Counted from the first letter of the stretch, positions 41,578 through 55,400 are shown. The stretch is DNA of 64,000 bases from Octopus bimaculoides (GCF_001194135.2 NC_068987.1:2923234-2987233), one strand, 5' to 3'. The notes: generated by a model not told the origin, from the letters alone. Made by a program: numbers and translations.

Positions 41578-42380
41578 GAGTGTCTATGTTGTCATCATCA
41601 AGATCATCATCATCACCACTGTCTTCATCACAACTAACTTCTATACACTCTTACTTCCACCATCACCACCTCCCCCGGCACTGTCACCCCCACCACTACC
41701 ACCATCATTTCCACTATAGCTAAAGTGGTGGGCAATGTCCCTCCAATTAATAATACACACAGAGACAGCTGGTGTTTTGATGTATTTTCTGTTAATTTCT
41801 ATTGATTGTTTTTCCCTTTCTAATTACTGTTATAATTTTATTAATTCCCATTTTACTAATGGCTCAAAGGTGCAGACATGGTTGTGTGGTTAAGAAGTTT
41901 GCATTTTACAACCCTGTGGTTCTCGGTTCGATCCCACTGCAAGGCACCTTGGGCAAGTGTCTTCTAAAGTAGAAGGCATTTGCCCAAAGTGCCATGCAGT
42001 GGGACTGAACCCGGAGCCATATGGTTGGGAAGTGAACTCGTTACAACAAAGCCACGCCTGTGCCTATTTTATAATTATTATGTTTTTAATCATTGTTTTT
42101 TTGTCTTTCCTTTGTTGAAGCTAAAATTCTTTCTGGGTCGCAATGGAGGGAACAGTTATACAAAGATTTGCAGCTGACCTTGGACTGGAATCGACCTGAT
42201 CTGGCTTGCTCGGAAATATTCCAAAGAGAAGAATTTGGCAAATTAAAAGTAACAACAATTAGTTTTATTTAATCTTGGAATTATTGCTGTGGCATTTCAC
42301 TTATTATCTGTGTGTGTGTGTGTATGCATATATGGTGCTTTATAAAATAAATACATTACACTATATGTTTGTATTGAGTG

Positions 42381-42457
<77 letters not shown>

Positions 42458-43459
42458 AGATCGTTGCCAGTGCCCCTGGACTGGTTCTTGTGCGGGNNNN
42501 NNNNNNNNNNNNNNNNNNNNNNNNNNNNNNNNNNNNNNNNNNNNNNNNNNNNNNNNNNNNNNNNNNNNNNNNNNNNNNNNNNNNNNNNNNNNNNNNNNNN
42601 NNNNNNNNNNNNNNNNNNNNNNNNNNNNNNNNNNNNNNNNNNNNNNNNNNNNNNNNNNNNNNNNNNNNNNNNNNNNNNNNNNNNNNNNNNNNNNNNNNNN
42701 NNNNNNNNNNNNNNNNNNNNNNNNNNNNNNNNNNNNNNNNNNNNNNNNNNNNNNNNNNNNNNNNNNNNNNNNNNNNNNNNNNNNNNNNNNNNNNNNNNNN
42801 NNNNNNNNNNNNNNNNNNNNNNNNNNNNNNNNNNNNNNNNNNNNNNNNNNNNNNNNNNNNNNNNNNNNNNNNNNNNNNNNNNNNNNNNNNNNNNNNNNNN
42901 NNNNNNNNNNNNNNNNNNNNNNNNNNNNNNNNNNNNNNNNNNNNNNNNNNNNNNNNNNNNNNNNNNNNNNNNNNNNNNNNNNNNNNNNNNNNNNNNNNNN
43001 NNNNNNNNNNNNNNNNNNNNNNNNNNNNNNNNNNNNNNNNNNNNNNNNNNNNNNNNNNNNNNNNNNNNNNNNNNNNNNNNNNNNNNNNNNNNNNNNNNNN
43101 NNNNNNNNNNNNNNNNNNNNNNNNNNNNNNNNNNNNNNNNNNNNNNNNNNNNNNNNNNNNNNNNNNNNNNNNNNNNNNNNNNNNNNNNNNNNNNNNNNNN
43201 NNNNNNNNNNNNNNNNNNNNNNNNNNNNNNNNNNNNNNNNNNNNNNNNNNNNNNNNNNNNNNNNNNNNNNNNNNNNNNNNNNNNNNNNNNNNNNNNNNNN
43301 NNNNNNNNNNNNNNNNNNNNNNNNNNNNNNNNNNNNNNNNNNNNNNNNNNNNNNNNNNNNNNNNNNNNNNNNNNNNNNNNNNNNNNNNNNNNNNNNNNNN
43401 NNNNNNNNNNNNNNNNNNNNNNNNNNNNNNNNNNNNNNNNNNNNNNNNNNNNNNNNNNN

Positions 43460-43530
<71 letters not shown>

Positions 43531-45547
43531 TATATTGTATATATATTTTTTATATTTATTAAACATAATTTTATGAAATATTTCAGATCGATAAAAACCT
43601 CTTTGATCAGTCACTGCAGAGAAAAGACCGTGAAGATTTTGTAGAACTTTTTCTCGATCAGAACTTCCAAGTTCATAAATTCTTGAATCATAAAAAACTG
43701 AAGCTTCTCTTTGAAAAAGCTGAAGAACGAGAATTCTTCTACACAACCTGCTTAGAAGGTGCTCTGGGCAAGAATTTCGTAAGTATGAAATATTTTTCAC
43801 CTTTTCTCATATAACTTGGTATATCATAATTTCTTATCTTACCTGCACCTGGGTAAGGTACACAACTCTACTTGCCTCAGTCCTGTTGGCTGACAACAGA
43901 AACCCTTTGTACTTAAAGGAAAGATGTACGTTTTCCAAATTTATGCAGAAATAATAAATATGCATGAATGTAAGGTGTTATTGCTGTCTTCACAATTTCT
44001 CCATTATTTCAACAAGGGTGACAGAAAAGGGAACATTACTGGGAGGGTGGCCATTGGAAGTGGGTAAATCTAAAGAAATTGGTGTTATGCCTGGAATAAG
44101 CAGTCTCCAGAGAACGGCTCCATCAAATAAGGGTCAGTCAAAGAACCCTAATTCTAGCCATGCAAAGGTTACATTGGAAAATGTTGCCTTAGATATACTA
44201 TGCCAGAAAAAAGCAAGACAAGATGGTCATGGCTGGCGTACCTTTGATCAGTGATCCACCCAAGGAGGACTGGCCTGGGGTTAAACAACAACAACATTCA
44301 CCAAACAAAAATATTTTATTGTTTAACTTATGTTTTTTTTTTGTGGTTTTGTTTTGTCCAGCAATCAAGGGATCAGCCTTTGGCTGCCAACTTCTTGGAC
44401 ACAGATTTGAATCGTCTCATTTACAAACTGTGTGGAATCAAAGACTTTGTCCAGCCCTGCGAACTCTCCATGAACTCCCTAGGCTTGTATGTCCTGGACC
44501 CTGTTGTTGCTGAAAGAAAGGTTCGCATTTCTTCATTCTTTTATAATAATGTTGTTCTATATTTAAGAGATGAGGAATTATGGACATTATTTACATTTGA
44601 CGGATATTTGTCGTCATCTTGTTTGTTGTTAACACAATGTTTCAGCTGATATACCCTCCAGCCTTCATAAGGAATGAAGAAACCAGGAACCTTAGGAATG
44701 AGAACCCAGGTTCAAAATTTCCCCAAGACACCTGATGAAGGCTGAAGAGTATACCAGCCGAACCGTTGTGTTAACAACAAACAAGATGAGGACAACTATC
44801 CATCAACTCTAAATAATGTTTATAATAATGTTGTTTCACATTTTTTGTATGTTGTTTGCAGTATTGTTTATTATAGTGAACATAAGACACCTTGGAGAAA
44901 ACCAACAAAACTGCAAATGGCGGCTGCAGAAAAGGGGAGATAACTTGAAGATATTAGGAATTAATGTCACAAAATTAATTTTGTCTTGCTTTGAGGATAA
45001 GATCAGTGTTAGCCGCCAAGGGAGACGACAATAGATATGTTCCTGTCTTATTGGACCTTATCAACAAAGTGTAGCCAAAACTTAGGTCTGCTTGATCAGT
45101 TGACAAAGGTTCTTATTTATAGAAGAGAATTTATGTCAGCCTGTTGACTAGCAGACTGGTGTACACCAGCACACGCACACACGAATAAATGATACCACAG
45201 TACACAGTAATATGTATATATACATCGCTCCTGCATGTATAAAATGTAATAATGGAGTCATGCACACACACATATTCACACTGCTATGTAAAAACCACCG
45301 TTGTATGTTTGTGATGAACTAAATGGCTTGTTAATACTCTCTCTCTATTACAGGCCATCAACTGTCTCATAGTCTGGGCTGTCCTTATGAATCGTAATAA
45401 ATTAGCCAAGCTGTTATGGGGAAGATCGGATGATCCAATCCCTATTGCTCTTATCTGCAGTGACATCTACAAACGAATGGCTACCTTTTCTATGGAACTC
45501 TACCAACGCTGTGAGATGGAACAGAATGCCAGGTCAGGAATTTTTTT

Positions 45548-45580
<33 letters not shown>

Positions 45581-45799
45581 TTATCTATCCATATATATGT
45601 GTGTGTGTGTGACCGTGTGTGTATCGTTGACGATTTTCTTTCTCCATCTTCCCATCTTTGGACTTTTTCTATATTTCTGATGAAGAGCTCCGCTCAAAAC
45701 ATGAAAACCTCTTTCTTTCCTTTCCTGAGCATCCGATAACACAGTACTTATTCCAAGTCCTCACGTTGTTGTTTTTTCTTGCTTGTTTATATTTGCATT

Positions 45800-45833
<34 letters not shown>

Positions 45834-47373
45834 NNNNNNNNNNNNNNNNNNNNNNNNNNNNNNNNNNNNNNNNNNNNNNNNNNNNNNNNNNNNNNNNNNN
45901 NNNNNNNNNNNNNNNNNNNNNNNNNNNNNNNNNNNNNNNNNNNNNNNNNNNNNNNNNNNNNNNNNNNNNNNNNNNNNNNNNNNNNNNNNNNNNNNNNNNN
46001 NNNNNNNNNNNNNNNNNNNNNNNNNNNNNNNNNNNNNNNNNNNNNNNNNNNNNNNNNNNNNNNNNNNNNNNNNNNNNNNNNNNNNNNNNNNNNNNNNNNN
46101 NNNNNNNNNNNNNNNNNNNNNNNNNNNNNNNNNNNNNNNNNNNNNNNNNNNNNNNNNNNNNNNNNNNNNNNNNNNNNNNNNNNNNNNNNNNNNNNNNNNN
46201 NNNNNNNNNNNNNNNNNNNNNNNNNNNNNNNNNNNNNNNNNNNNNNNNNNNNNNNNNNNNNNNNNNNNNNNNNNNNNNNNNNGCCATGACGAAGGGAAAT
46301 AGCCCTGAAACTCGAGTCGCCTTTATATATTTATATATATTTATATATATATATTTATATATTTGATCCTTTATATTGAACACTCAATATTTCATCTACA
46401 TTCAATACTTTATTTCATGGTGCCATCCATTTTTACTTTATTTTATTTTATATTATATATTGTATATTATATTATATATTGTATATTCCATATTCTATAC
46501 CCCACATTGGTTCTGCAGGAATATAAATAAAACATAAAAAACAGACAGTGTTGGAACTCTTTTAAACAAAATAATATATATATACAGACATATACACATA
46601 CATACATATGTACATAAATATATATGTATATAGGCTATATTAAATCCCTGACCGAGATATAAACAGCAGCAGTACGGAACCGTAACATATAATTGCCAAC
46701 TAAGTGTGGCGTCCTAGCACTGTCCTGTATAGGACGCCACACTTGGTTGGCAATTATATATTTATGTGTGTGTGTTTGTGTGTGTGTGTGTGAAGGCACA
46801 TGGCTCAGTGGTTACAGTGTTGGGCTCACAATCATGTGGTAGTGAGTTCGATTCGTGTTGTGTTCTTGAGCAAGACACTTTATTTCACATTGCCCAGTTC
46901 ACTCAGCTGTAGAAATGCGTTGTGACGTCACTGGTACCACAAGCTGTATCAGCTTTTATTGGTGGCAACATTGATGGCATGTTGGATGGTGGAGGCTGGT
47001 ATGCATGGGCGACTGCTGGTCTTCCATAAACAAACTTGCCCGGACTTGTATATCGGAGGGGAATTTACTAGGTGCAATCCTATGGTCATTTATGACTAAA
47101 GGGGGTCTTTGCCCTTTACCCTTTATATATACATATAAAGTAACTGGTCCCCATCCCAGTGGCACGTAAAAAGTACTATTTGAACGTGATCAATGCCAGG
47201 GGCCCCTGACTGGCTCCTGTGCCAGTGGTGTGTAAAAAGCATCCACTACACTCCAACTGTAGAAACTTTGCCAGATCAGATTGGAGCCTGGTGCAGCCAC
47301 TGGCTCTCCAGACCTCAGTCAAACCGTCCAACCCATGCCAGCATGGAAAACGGACGTTAAACGATGATGATGA

Positions 47374-47414
<41 letters not shown>

Positions 47415-48116
47415 ACAGCCGTTTTTCAGTTTCCGTCTATCAAATCCATTGACAAGGCTTTGGTTGGCCTGAGGCTATAGTAGAAGACACTTGCCCAAGG
47501 TGCCATGCAGTGGGACTGAACCCAGGACCATTTGATTGGTAAGCAAGCTACTTACCACACAGCCACTCCTGCGCCTGCAGTTGAGATTTTCAGTATTATA
47601 TATAATCAAACCTCCACATCAACAATAGCATCAACAACATTGGAAAGTTTAAAATGAAATGATACAAATTAATGACACAATGTGTGAGTGTGAAGGGGGG
47701 GGGGACAAATAGTCTTCTTAGGCAAACAGCAATGCCAGTACCTGTGTTTATGCATACATATATGTGTGTGTGTGTGTATTTACATATGTACGCAGACAGA
47801 GACACACATATAACATTGGATTTTTTTCTCTTCCCGTTTTTAATATAATACTAACAGCTACTTCTACTACTATTACTACAATAGAAGACATGAGTGGACT
47901 GCAGCCACAACTGACCTACATTATCAAGTGGACTGTTTTGAAATATTGAAACATAAAGTAAACATCTGAACACACCTTATCACTTAGTGTTTGTATGGGT
48001 CGGGAGCAGTGTGTATCTGTGTGTGTGTGATTGTGTGTGCATGTATATGAATATATATGCATGTGTGTGTGTGTGTGTGTATTTGTATGTATGTATGTAT
48101 GCGTGTTTAGCCAATG

Positions 48117-48159
<43 letters not shown>

Positions 48160-48871
48160 CACCAACATGCACACACACACACATATATATATACGTGTGT
48201 ATATATGTGTGTGTGTGTGTGTGTATACAAAAACAAGAATGGCTGTGTGGTAAGGCGGCGAGCTTGCAGAAACGTTAGCACACCAGGTGAAATGCTTGGC
48301 AGTATTTTGTCTGCTGCTATGTTCTGAGTTCAAATTCCGCCGAGGTAGACTTTGCCTTTCATCCTTTTGGGGTCGATTAAATAAGTACCAGTTACGCACT
48401 GGGGTCAATATAATCGACTCAATCCGTTTGTCTATCCTTGTTTGTCCCCTTTGTGTGTAGCCCCTTGTGGGCAGTAATGAAATAAGAAGCTTGCTTCCCA
48501 ACCATATGGTTCTGGATTCAGTCCCACTGCATGGCACCTTGGACAAGTGACTTTTACTATTGCCTTCGGCTGACCAAAGCTTCGTGGGTGGGTCTGACTG
48601 ATAGAAACTGAAAGAAGACCATCATATATATATATATGTATGTATGTATGTATGTATTTATGTGTGTTTGTGTCTGAGTTTGCCTGCCTCCATCACTTGA
48701 CAACCAATGTTGGTGTATTTACATCCCCATAACTTAGCAGTTTGGCAACAAAGACCAATAAAATAAGTACTAAGCTTACAAAGAATAAGTCCTGGGGTCA
48801 ATTTAAACTAAAACCTTTTAAGGCAATGCTCCAGTATGGCCACAGTCAAATAACAAAAAAAAAAAATAAAA

Positions 48872-48907
<36 letters not shown>

Positions 48908-51900
48908 ACGGCACTCCATCGTTTATGATAACAAGGGTTCCAGTTGATCCAATCAACAGAACAGCCTGCTCATGAAATTAATGTGCAAGTGGTTGAGCAC
49001 TCCACAGACACGTGTACCCTTAACATAGTTCTCAGGGAGATTCAGTGTGACACAGAATATGACAAAGCTGGCCCCTTTGAATTACAGGCACAACAGAAAC
49101 AGGAAGTAAGAGTGAGAGAAAGTTGTGGTGAAAGAGTACAGCAGGGTTTGCCACCATCCCCTGCTGGAGCCTCATGGAACTTCAGGTGTTTTTGCTCAAT
49201 AAACACTCACAACGCCTAGTCTTGGAATGAAAACCGTGAGTCCACTACCCTAACCACTGGGCCATTGCGCCTCCGACCATAAGGGTAGTTTATTAGAGTA
49301 TATACCAAACATTGTTCTGTATTACATGTCATCATCATCATTCTACATCCGCTTTCAATGCTATCATGGCTTGGTTGAGTCATCATAGTCCAAGAATTGG
49401 AAATTGGTGCTCTCCTAGATGAACCAAAGAACAATGTCCTACATGTGAATTCTCTATTTGGCAAGGTCTCTGTGATTGGAGGCCCTCTCTAACACCAAGC
49501 TCTTTGCCAAGTACACTGGGTAATATTTTATCATATTACCATTAGTCAAGAGGTTGCTTTGTACCTTGAAAGCATTAAGGGTCTGCACCACTTCTTGTAA
49601 TCTCCATTCCTTCAAGGCAAATGTGACCAGTAGAGTGACAAGAAGAGAGAGTATGCATGTGATTGGCAGGGACTGGATGGGCAGGAATTGGGAAGGAATG
49701 AGAGTGTGATAGGAGTGGGAATAATGGAAGAAATACAGTGATAGGCAACAAAATGCTGGTTGTTGATAAGAAAAATGAATAGAAAAAATATCACTAGGGC
49801 ATGATAGGGTAGCAGTGAATGTGTGANNNNNNNNNNNNNNNNNNNNNNNNNNNNNNNNNNNNNNNNNNNNNNNNNNNNNNNNNNNNNNNNNNNNNNNNNN
49901 NNNNNNNNNNNNNNNNNNNNNNNNNNNNNNNNNNNNNNNNNNNNNNNNNNNNNNNNNNNNNNNNNNNNNNNNNNNNNNNNNNNNNNNNNNNNNNNNNNNN
50001 NNNNNNNNNNNNNNNNNNNNNNNNNNNNNNNNNNNNNNNNNNNNNNNNNNNNNNNNNNNNNNNNNNNNNNNNNNNNNNNNNNNNNNNNNNNNNNNNNNNN
50101 NNNNNNNNNNNNNNNNNNNNNNNNNNNNNNNNNNNNNNNNNNNNNNNNNNNNNNNNNNNNNNNNNNNNNNNNNNNNNNNNNNNNNNNNNNNNNNNNNNNN
50201 NNNNNNNNNNNNNNNNNNNNNNNNNNNNNNNNNNNNNNNNNNNNNNNNNNNNNNNNNNNNNNNNNNNNNNNNNNNNNNNNNNNNNNNNNNNNNNNNNNNN
50301 NNNNNNNNNNNNNNNNNNNNNNNNNNNNNNNNNNNNNNNNNNNNNNNNNNNNNNNNNNNNNNNNNNNNNNNNNNNNCCTGACTGGCTCCTGTAGGATTTT
50401 CGAGCGAGATCGTTGCCAGTGCCCCTGGACTGGCTTGTGCGGGTGGCACATAAAAGACACCATTTCGAGCGTGGCCGTTTTCGTGCGGGTGACACGTAAA
50501 AGCACCCACTACACTCTCTGAGTGGTTGGCGTTAGGAAGGGCATCCAGCTGTAGAAACTCTGCCAAATCAGACTGGAGCCTGGTGTTGCCATCCGGTTTC
50601 ACCAGTCCTCAGTCAAATCGTCCAACCCATGCTAGCATGGAAAGCGGACGTTAAACGATGATGATGATGATGATGATGAATCAAATATAGAGACGTGTAT
50701 CAGGTTCGCTCCAACTGTATCAACTGTATTCTTTGATGACCCTCAAAAAACATTTGAAACCCTGCCCTGTTGAAATTACCAAATTTATCTTTATTTTTCT
50801 TTGTTTAGTGAGTTTGGTAAAATGGCTCTTGGCACTTTAGACATCAGCTTCCGAGACTCCAGTGCTCAGGCCTACAGCATGCTCAGTCGACCATTACCAG
50901 ACTTTAATAATAAAACAGCAATTGAAATCGCACATGACTCTGGTTACCTCCATTTTATTGCTCATCCTTGTTGTCAGAAGTGGTTAACCAAGAAACTATT
51001 TGGATCAATCCAAGTTAAAGAACTCGACTGGGGAGTATTCAGACTTCCTTATTGGTTCAAGGTTTGTTCTTATTTATTTTCTTATTTGAAATCTTCATTG
51101 CATTTTTGCCAAGTTTTTTCCTGAATTTAAGTATTGATGACAAAAATCTCACCTGAAAATGGATGTAAGTATAGCTATGTAAATCAGAAGTTTGCCAAAC
51201 AAACTCCCCTATCTACCTATTGCTCAGCACGCCCTTCTCCTTCATCTTATCACCCATAACATCCCTCTTCTCATCTCCCCACCACCCATGCTGATCACAC
51301 CAGCTTCATTGCTCTGTGGTGTGGCTGGAAGTAAAAGAGGGGCACTGCAGTCCTCCTCTCTTGACGATTGCAGTCATAGAAACTCACAGTTTTATTTCAC
51401 AGAAATTATCAATGGTTGATTTTTAATATTGATTTACCTCCAAATATGTCTGCAGTTGTCTTGCCTTTGGCCAGAATAAAAATCTTCGCTAACACCTCAC
51501 CCCCACCCCACCCCCAATCATCATCACCACCACCACCATCATCACCATCATCACTATCACCACCACCACCATCATCACCATCACCACTGTCATCTCCTGT
51601 TCTTTATTCTGTTCTTTGTTATATTTCCAGATTCTGGCCAGTGTATTTCTGGTGCTACCAATGTATATCTGGATTGCCTTTGTACCAAGTTGTACCAACC
51701 AAAGCAAGTTAAAAGTAGATATTTATCTCAGAGGTAAATCAATATTTTATATTTCTCTGAACTGTAAGAATCATTAGAACGCCAGGCAAAATGCTTAACG
51801 GTATTTTTGTCTGTCTTTACATTCTGTGTTCAAATTCCACCGAGGTCGACTTTGCCTTTCATCCTTTCAGGGTCGATAAATTAAGTACCAGTTGCGTTCT

Positions 51901-52404
51901 AGGGATCAATCTAATTGACTGGCCCCCTCCCCCAAAATTTCAGGCCTTGTGCCTAGAATAGAAAAGAAGCTTTTCTATTTCTCCCTTGTCTTCAAATAAA
52001 ATTATTTTAAGGCAGATCTAAATAACAACAGAACACTTCATGAAGAGTGTCACTCAGTACTTTGAGTGTCACTCAATGCTTTGAATAAAGTCAAGAGTGT
52101 CATTCAGTGCTTTGAATAAGGTCAAACTCATTGATCTCATTTTTTAATATTATGAATTCTTTTATTCTTTTACTTGTTTCAGTCATTTGACTGTGACCAT
52201 GCTGGAGCACCGCTTTTAGTCGAACAAATCGACCCCAGGACTTATTCTTTGTAAGTCCGGTACTTATTCTATCAGTCTCTTTTTGCCGAACCATTAAGAA
52301 ATGTGAACGTAAACACACCAACATTGGCTGTCAAGCGATGGTGGGGGACAAACACAGACACACAAATACATACATACATATATATATACACATATACGAC
52401 ATAT

Positions 52405-52446
<42 letters not shown>

Positions 52447-55400
52447 CCTCTTATTCATTTATATGTTTCAACTTTGAGGCTGATTTACGCTTTCGCCACC
52501 ACAACCCCATTTAGGCTTAGCAGCCCTTCCTGTTTGTTTTCACTGTTCTGTGTGTGTTACCAATTTTGACCCTCCACAAAAACCCAAATTTTATTTAATT
52601 TGCTTTGGGGGAGCAGCAACTGTTTTATCGAAAGCGTATATTGTTGTTAAATGCTTGAAATACGAGAGTAGAAAAACAGCCAACAACTGGTGAAGGGTTG
52701 TTCTTTATATTGTTTGTTATGTTTTCCATTTGTGTCTTTCGTTGTTCGAAAGAATAGTTCATGTTCCATGTACTCATGCTTCGTACTTTTTTGTTGTACA
52801 TGTTTCGTAACGTCCTGTGCCAACATACGCATATAAATATACATATAGATGTAAGTATGTACATATACATANNNNNNNNNNNNNNNNNNNNNNNNNNNNN
52901 NNNNNNNNNNNNNNNNNNNNNNNNNNNNNNNNNNNNNNNNNNNNNNNNNNNNNNNNNNNNNNNNNNNNNNNNNNNNNNNNNNNNNNNNNNNNNNNNNNNN
53001 NNNNNNNNNNNNNNNNNNNNNNNNNNNNNNNNNNNNNNNNNNNNNNNNNNNNNNNNNNNNNNNNNNNNNNNNNNNNNNNNNNNNNNNNNNNNNNNNNNNN
53101 NNNNNNNNNNNNNNNNNNNNNNNNNNNNNNNNNNNNNNNNNNNNNNNNNNNNNNNNNNNNNNNNNNNNNNNNNNNNNNNNNNNNNNNNNNNNNNNNNNNN
53201 NNNNNNNNNNNNNNNNNNNNNNNNNNNNNNNNNNNNNNNNNNNNNNNNNNNNNNNNNNNNNNNNNNNNNNNNNNNNNNNNNNNNNNNNNNNNNNNNNNNN
53301 NNNNNNNNNNNNNNNNNNNNNNNNNNNNNNNNNNNNNNNNNNNNNNNNNNNNNNNNNNNNNNNNNNNNNNNNNNNNNNNNNNNNNNNNNNNNNNNNNNNN
53401 NNNNNNNNNNNNNNNNNNNNNNNNNNNNNNNNNNNNNNNNNNNNNNNNNNNNNNNNCCTACCCAGTCCTTAATGTTTCCTATTGTTCCTAAACGGTTCTC
53501 TTTGACATTCCATATTCAAACGCTTCCAGACAACTGCAATGTTATGTCAGTTGAGGTTCGCTTAGTTTGACCAAAGGTCAGACAACTGTGAGGTGCTTGC
53601 GTTATGAAGTGTGATGTTGTCTGGCAGAGAGAAAAGGTTATCAGATGATTTGCAAAGATTGAGAAATAAAAGAGGCAACCAGGCTCCATTGGATGTGCAA
53701 AGTCAGTAAGAAGCCTAAAGATGAAATGGTGAAATCTGATCCCAGAACGTTGAGCCCCACAAAAGGAGGCGTCAGGGGTCGGTGACGAATGGCAACATGC
53801 AATATTATAGAAGACCAACCCCAGCTCTCATCTAAACCACACTGAAATGGTGTTAATGGTGGAGACTGGGAAGTATATAAATATATATCTCAACCCCTAA
53901 TCTTGCTCTGTTAATTCTACTTCTTCCACCTGCCCCCTCCACTTCCTGATACCTTAATCACCTCTCTACCTTCTCTCTATCTCTCACCCTTTTTTATAGC
54001 CACTGCCACACTTTCTGTAGGGTTTATATGGAACTTGTCCAAGCTTCTTGTCTCACTGACTCTCACCCACTCTCCACTCACTGGGCCATGCCACCTACGT
54101 AACAAAGGACAACACTGGACATGCCTCTACCCACAACCCTCTTCTCATAACACCCAAGCATCACCCTTTTTAGGCTAACAATCAATATCTCTTACCTTCC
54201 CCTTTCTCGCTCTCTTATCTGACTGCTCAGTCTCTACTACCATACACTTGTTCCCTTCAACCACATATTTAGATTTTTTTCTCCATTTATTTCCAGAATG
54301 GGAAACGGTCCGTAGGTGCCAGGTTGAGAACAGCTTTGAGAAGGAAACGCAAATTGAAATTGCCATTTTGGAGGCAGATTTATCTGTTGTGGAATTCCCC
54401 AATCACCAAATTTTGGATGACTCAGGTAAATATTCTTTCTGTCTCTTAGAGCTTTTAATGTAATTCATTCTCCACATTTTTGGTTATAGTAGAAGACACT
54501 TGCCCAAGGTGCCACACAGTGGGACTGAACCTGGAACCTTGTGGTGGGTAAGCAAGCTACTTACCCCACAGCCATATCATTTATAAAAGTTTTAAGCAGA
54601 ATGGTCAGCTTTCTGGACAAAAGACCACCAAGCATTTTGTCCAACTTTATGTTCTGAGTTCAATTTCTACTGTTGTCAGCTTTGCCTTTCATCCTTTCTG
54701 GAATCGATGTAACTGACCAGTCCTCTCCCCCAAAACTTCAGGCCCTGTACCTACTGTAGATAGGATTATTTATAAAAAAATCTTTCACTGGTGTCAGACA
54801 ACTATAAAATACTATTTTATTTTATGATACGATTTTATGATATAACTAACTAAACTATGATAAGTCATATGACAATGACATAGGTTTGTGTAAACATGTG
54901 ATGTAGATTTGAAACCTGTGTGTCACTCAAGAAAACAGAGTTGAACCACAGAAGATCTTGGTTTAAATAACAAACTGGTATATGTCAAGTACCCTAATAG
55001 AAATGGCCCATTTGGAACGGTATTCCTTGCAATATTTCAAAGACTTTCCCTTTTCATTTGCAGGTGTTTTACTTCATCTACCTCGGTATCTTTAGTTTGG
55101 CTGTGCTGTGGCCCACCTGTGGAAATATATTGCTAGACCTTATTGTTTGGTTATGGACGCTGGTTATAGTCACAGAAATTGCTCGACGAACATATATAAA
55201 ACATCAGGTATCTACTCTCTCTCTCACTCTCTTTTACGCATGCACACAAACACACACACACACGTTCACGTACACATGCACACACCATCATATGCCATGT
55301 ATACATATATACATCATTTATATCATTATTATAAATCTATATACAAGGTGGTGCTGAAAAGTTCCTGGCTTTCGGTAAAAGAAATACCCCTTATTTTTCG

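Noticed and set aside
54248-54463. ORF-track peptide [17 protein letters not shown]... as the channel exon product
   Set aside because: Wrong frame for the channel: the phase-0 frame carries the conserved SPITKFW motif and joins the S1 exon.
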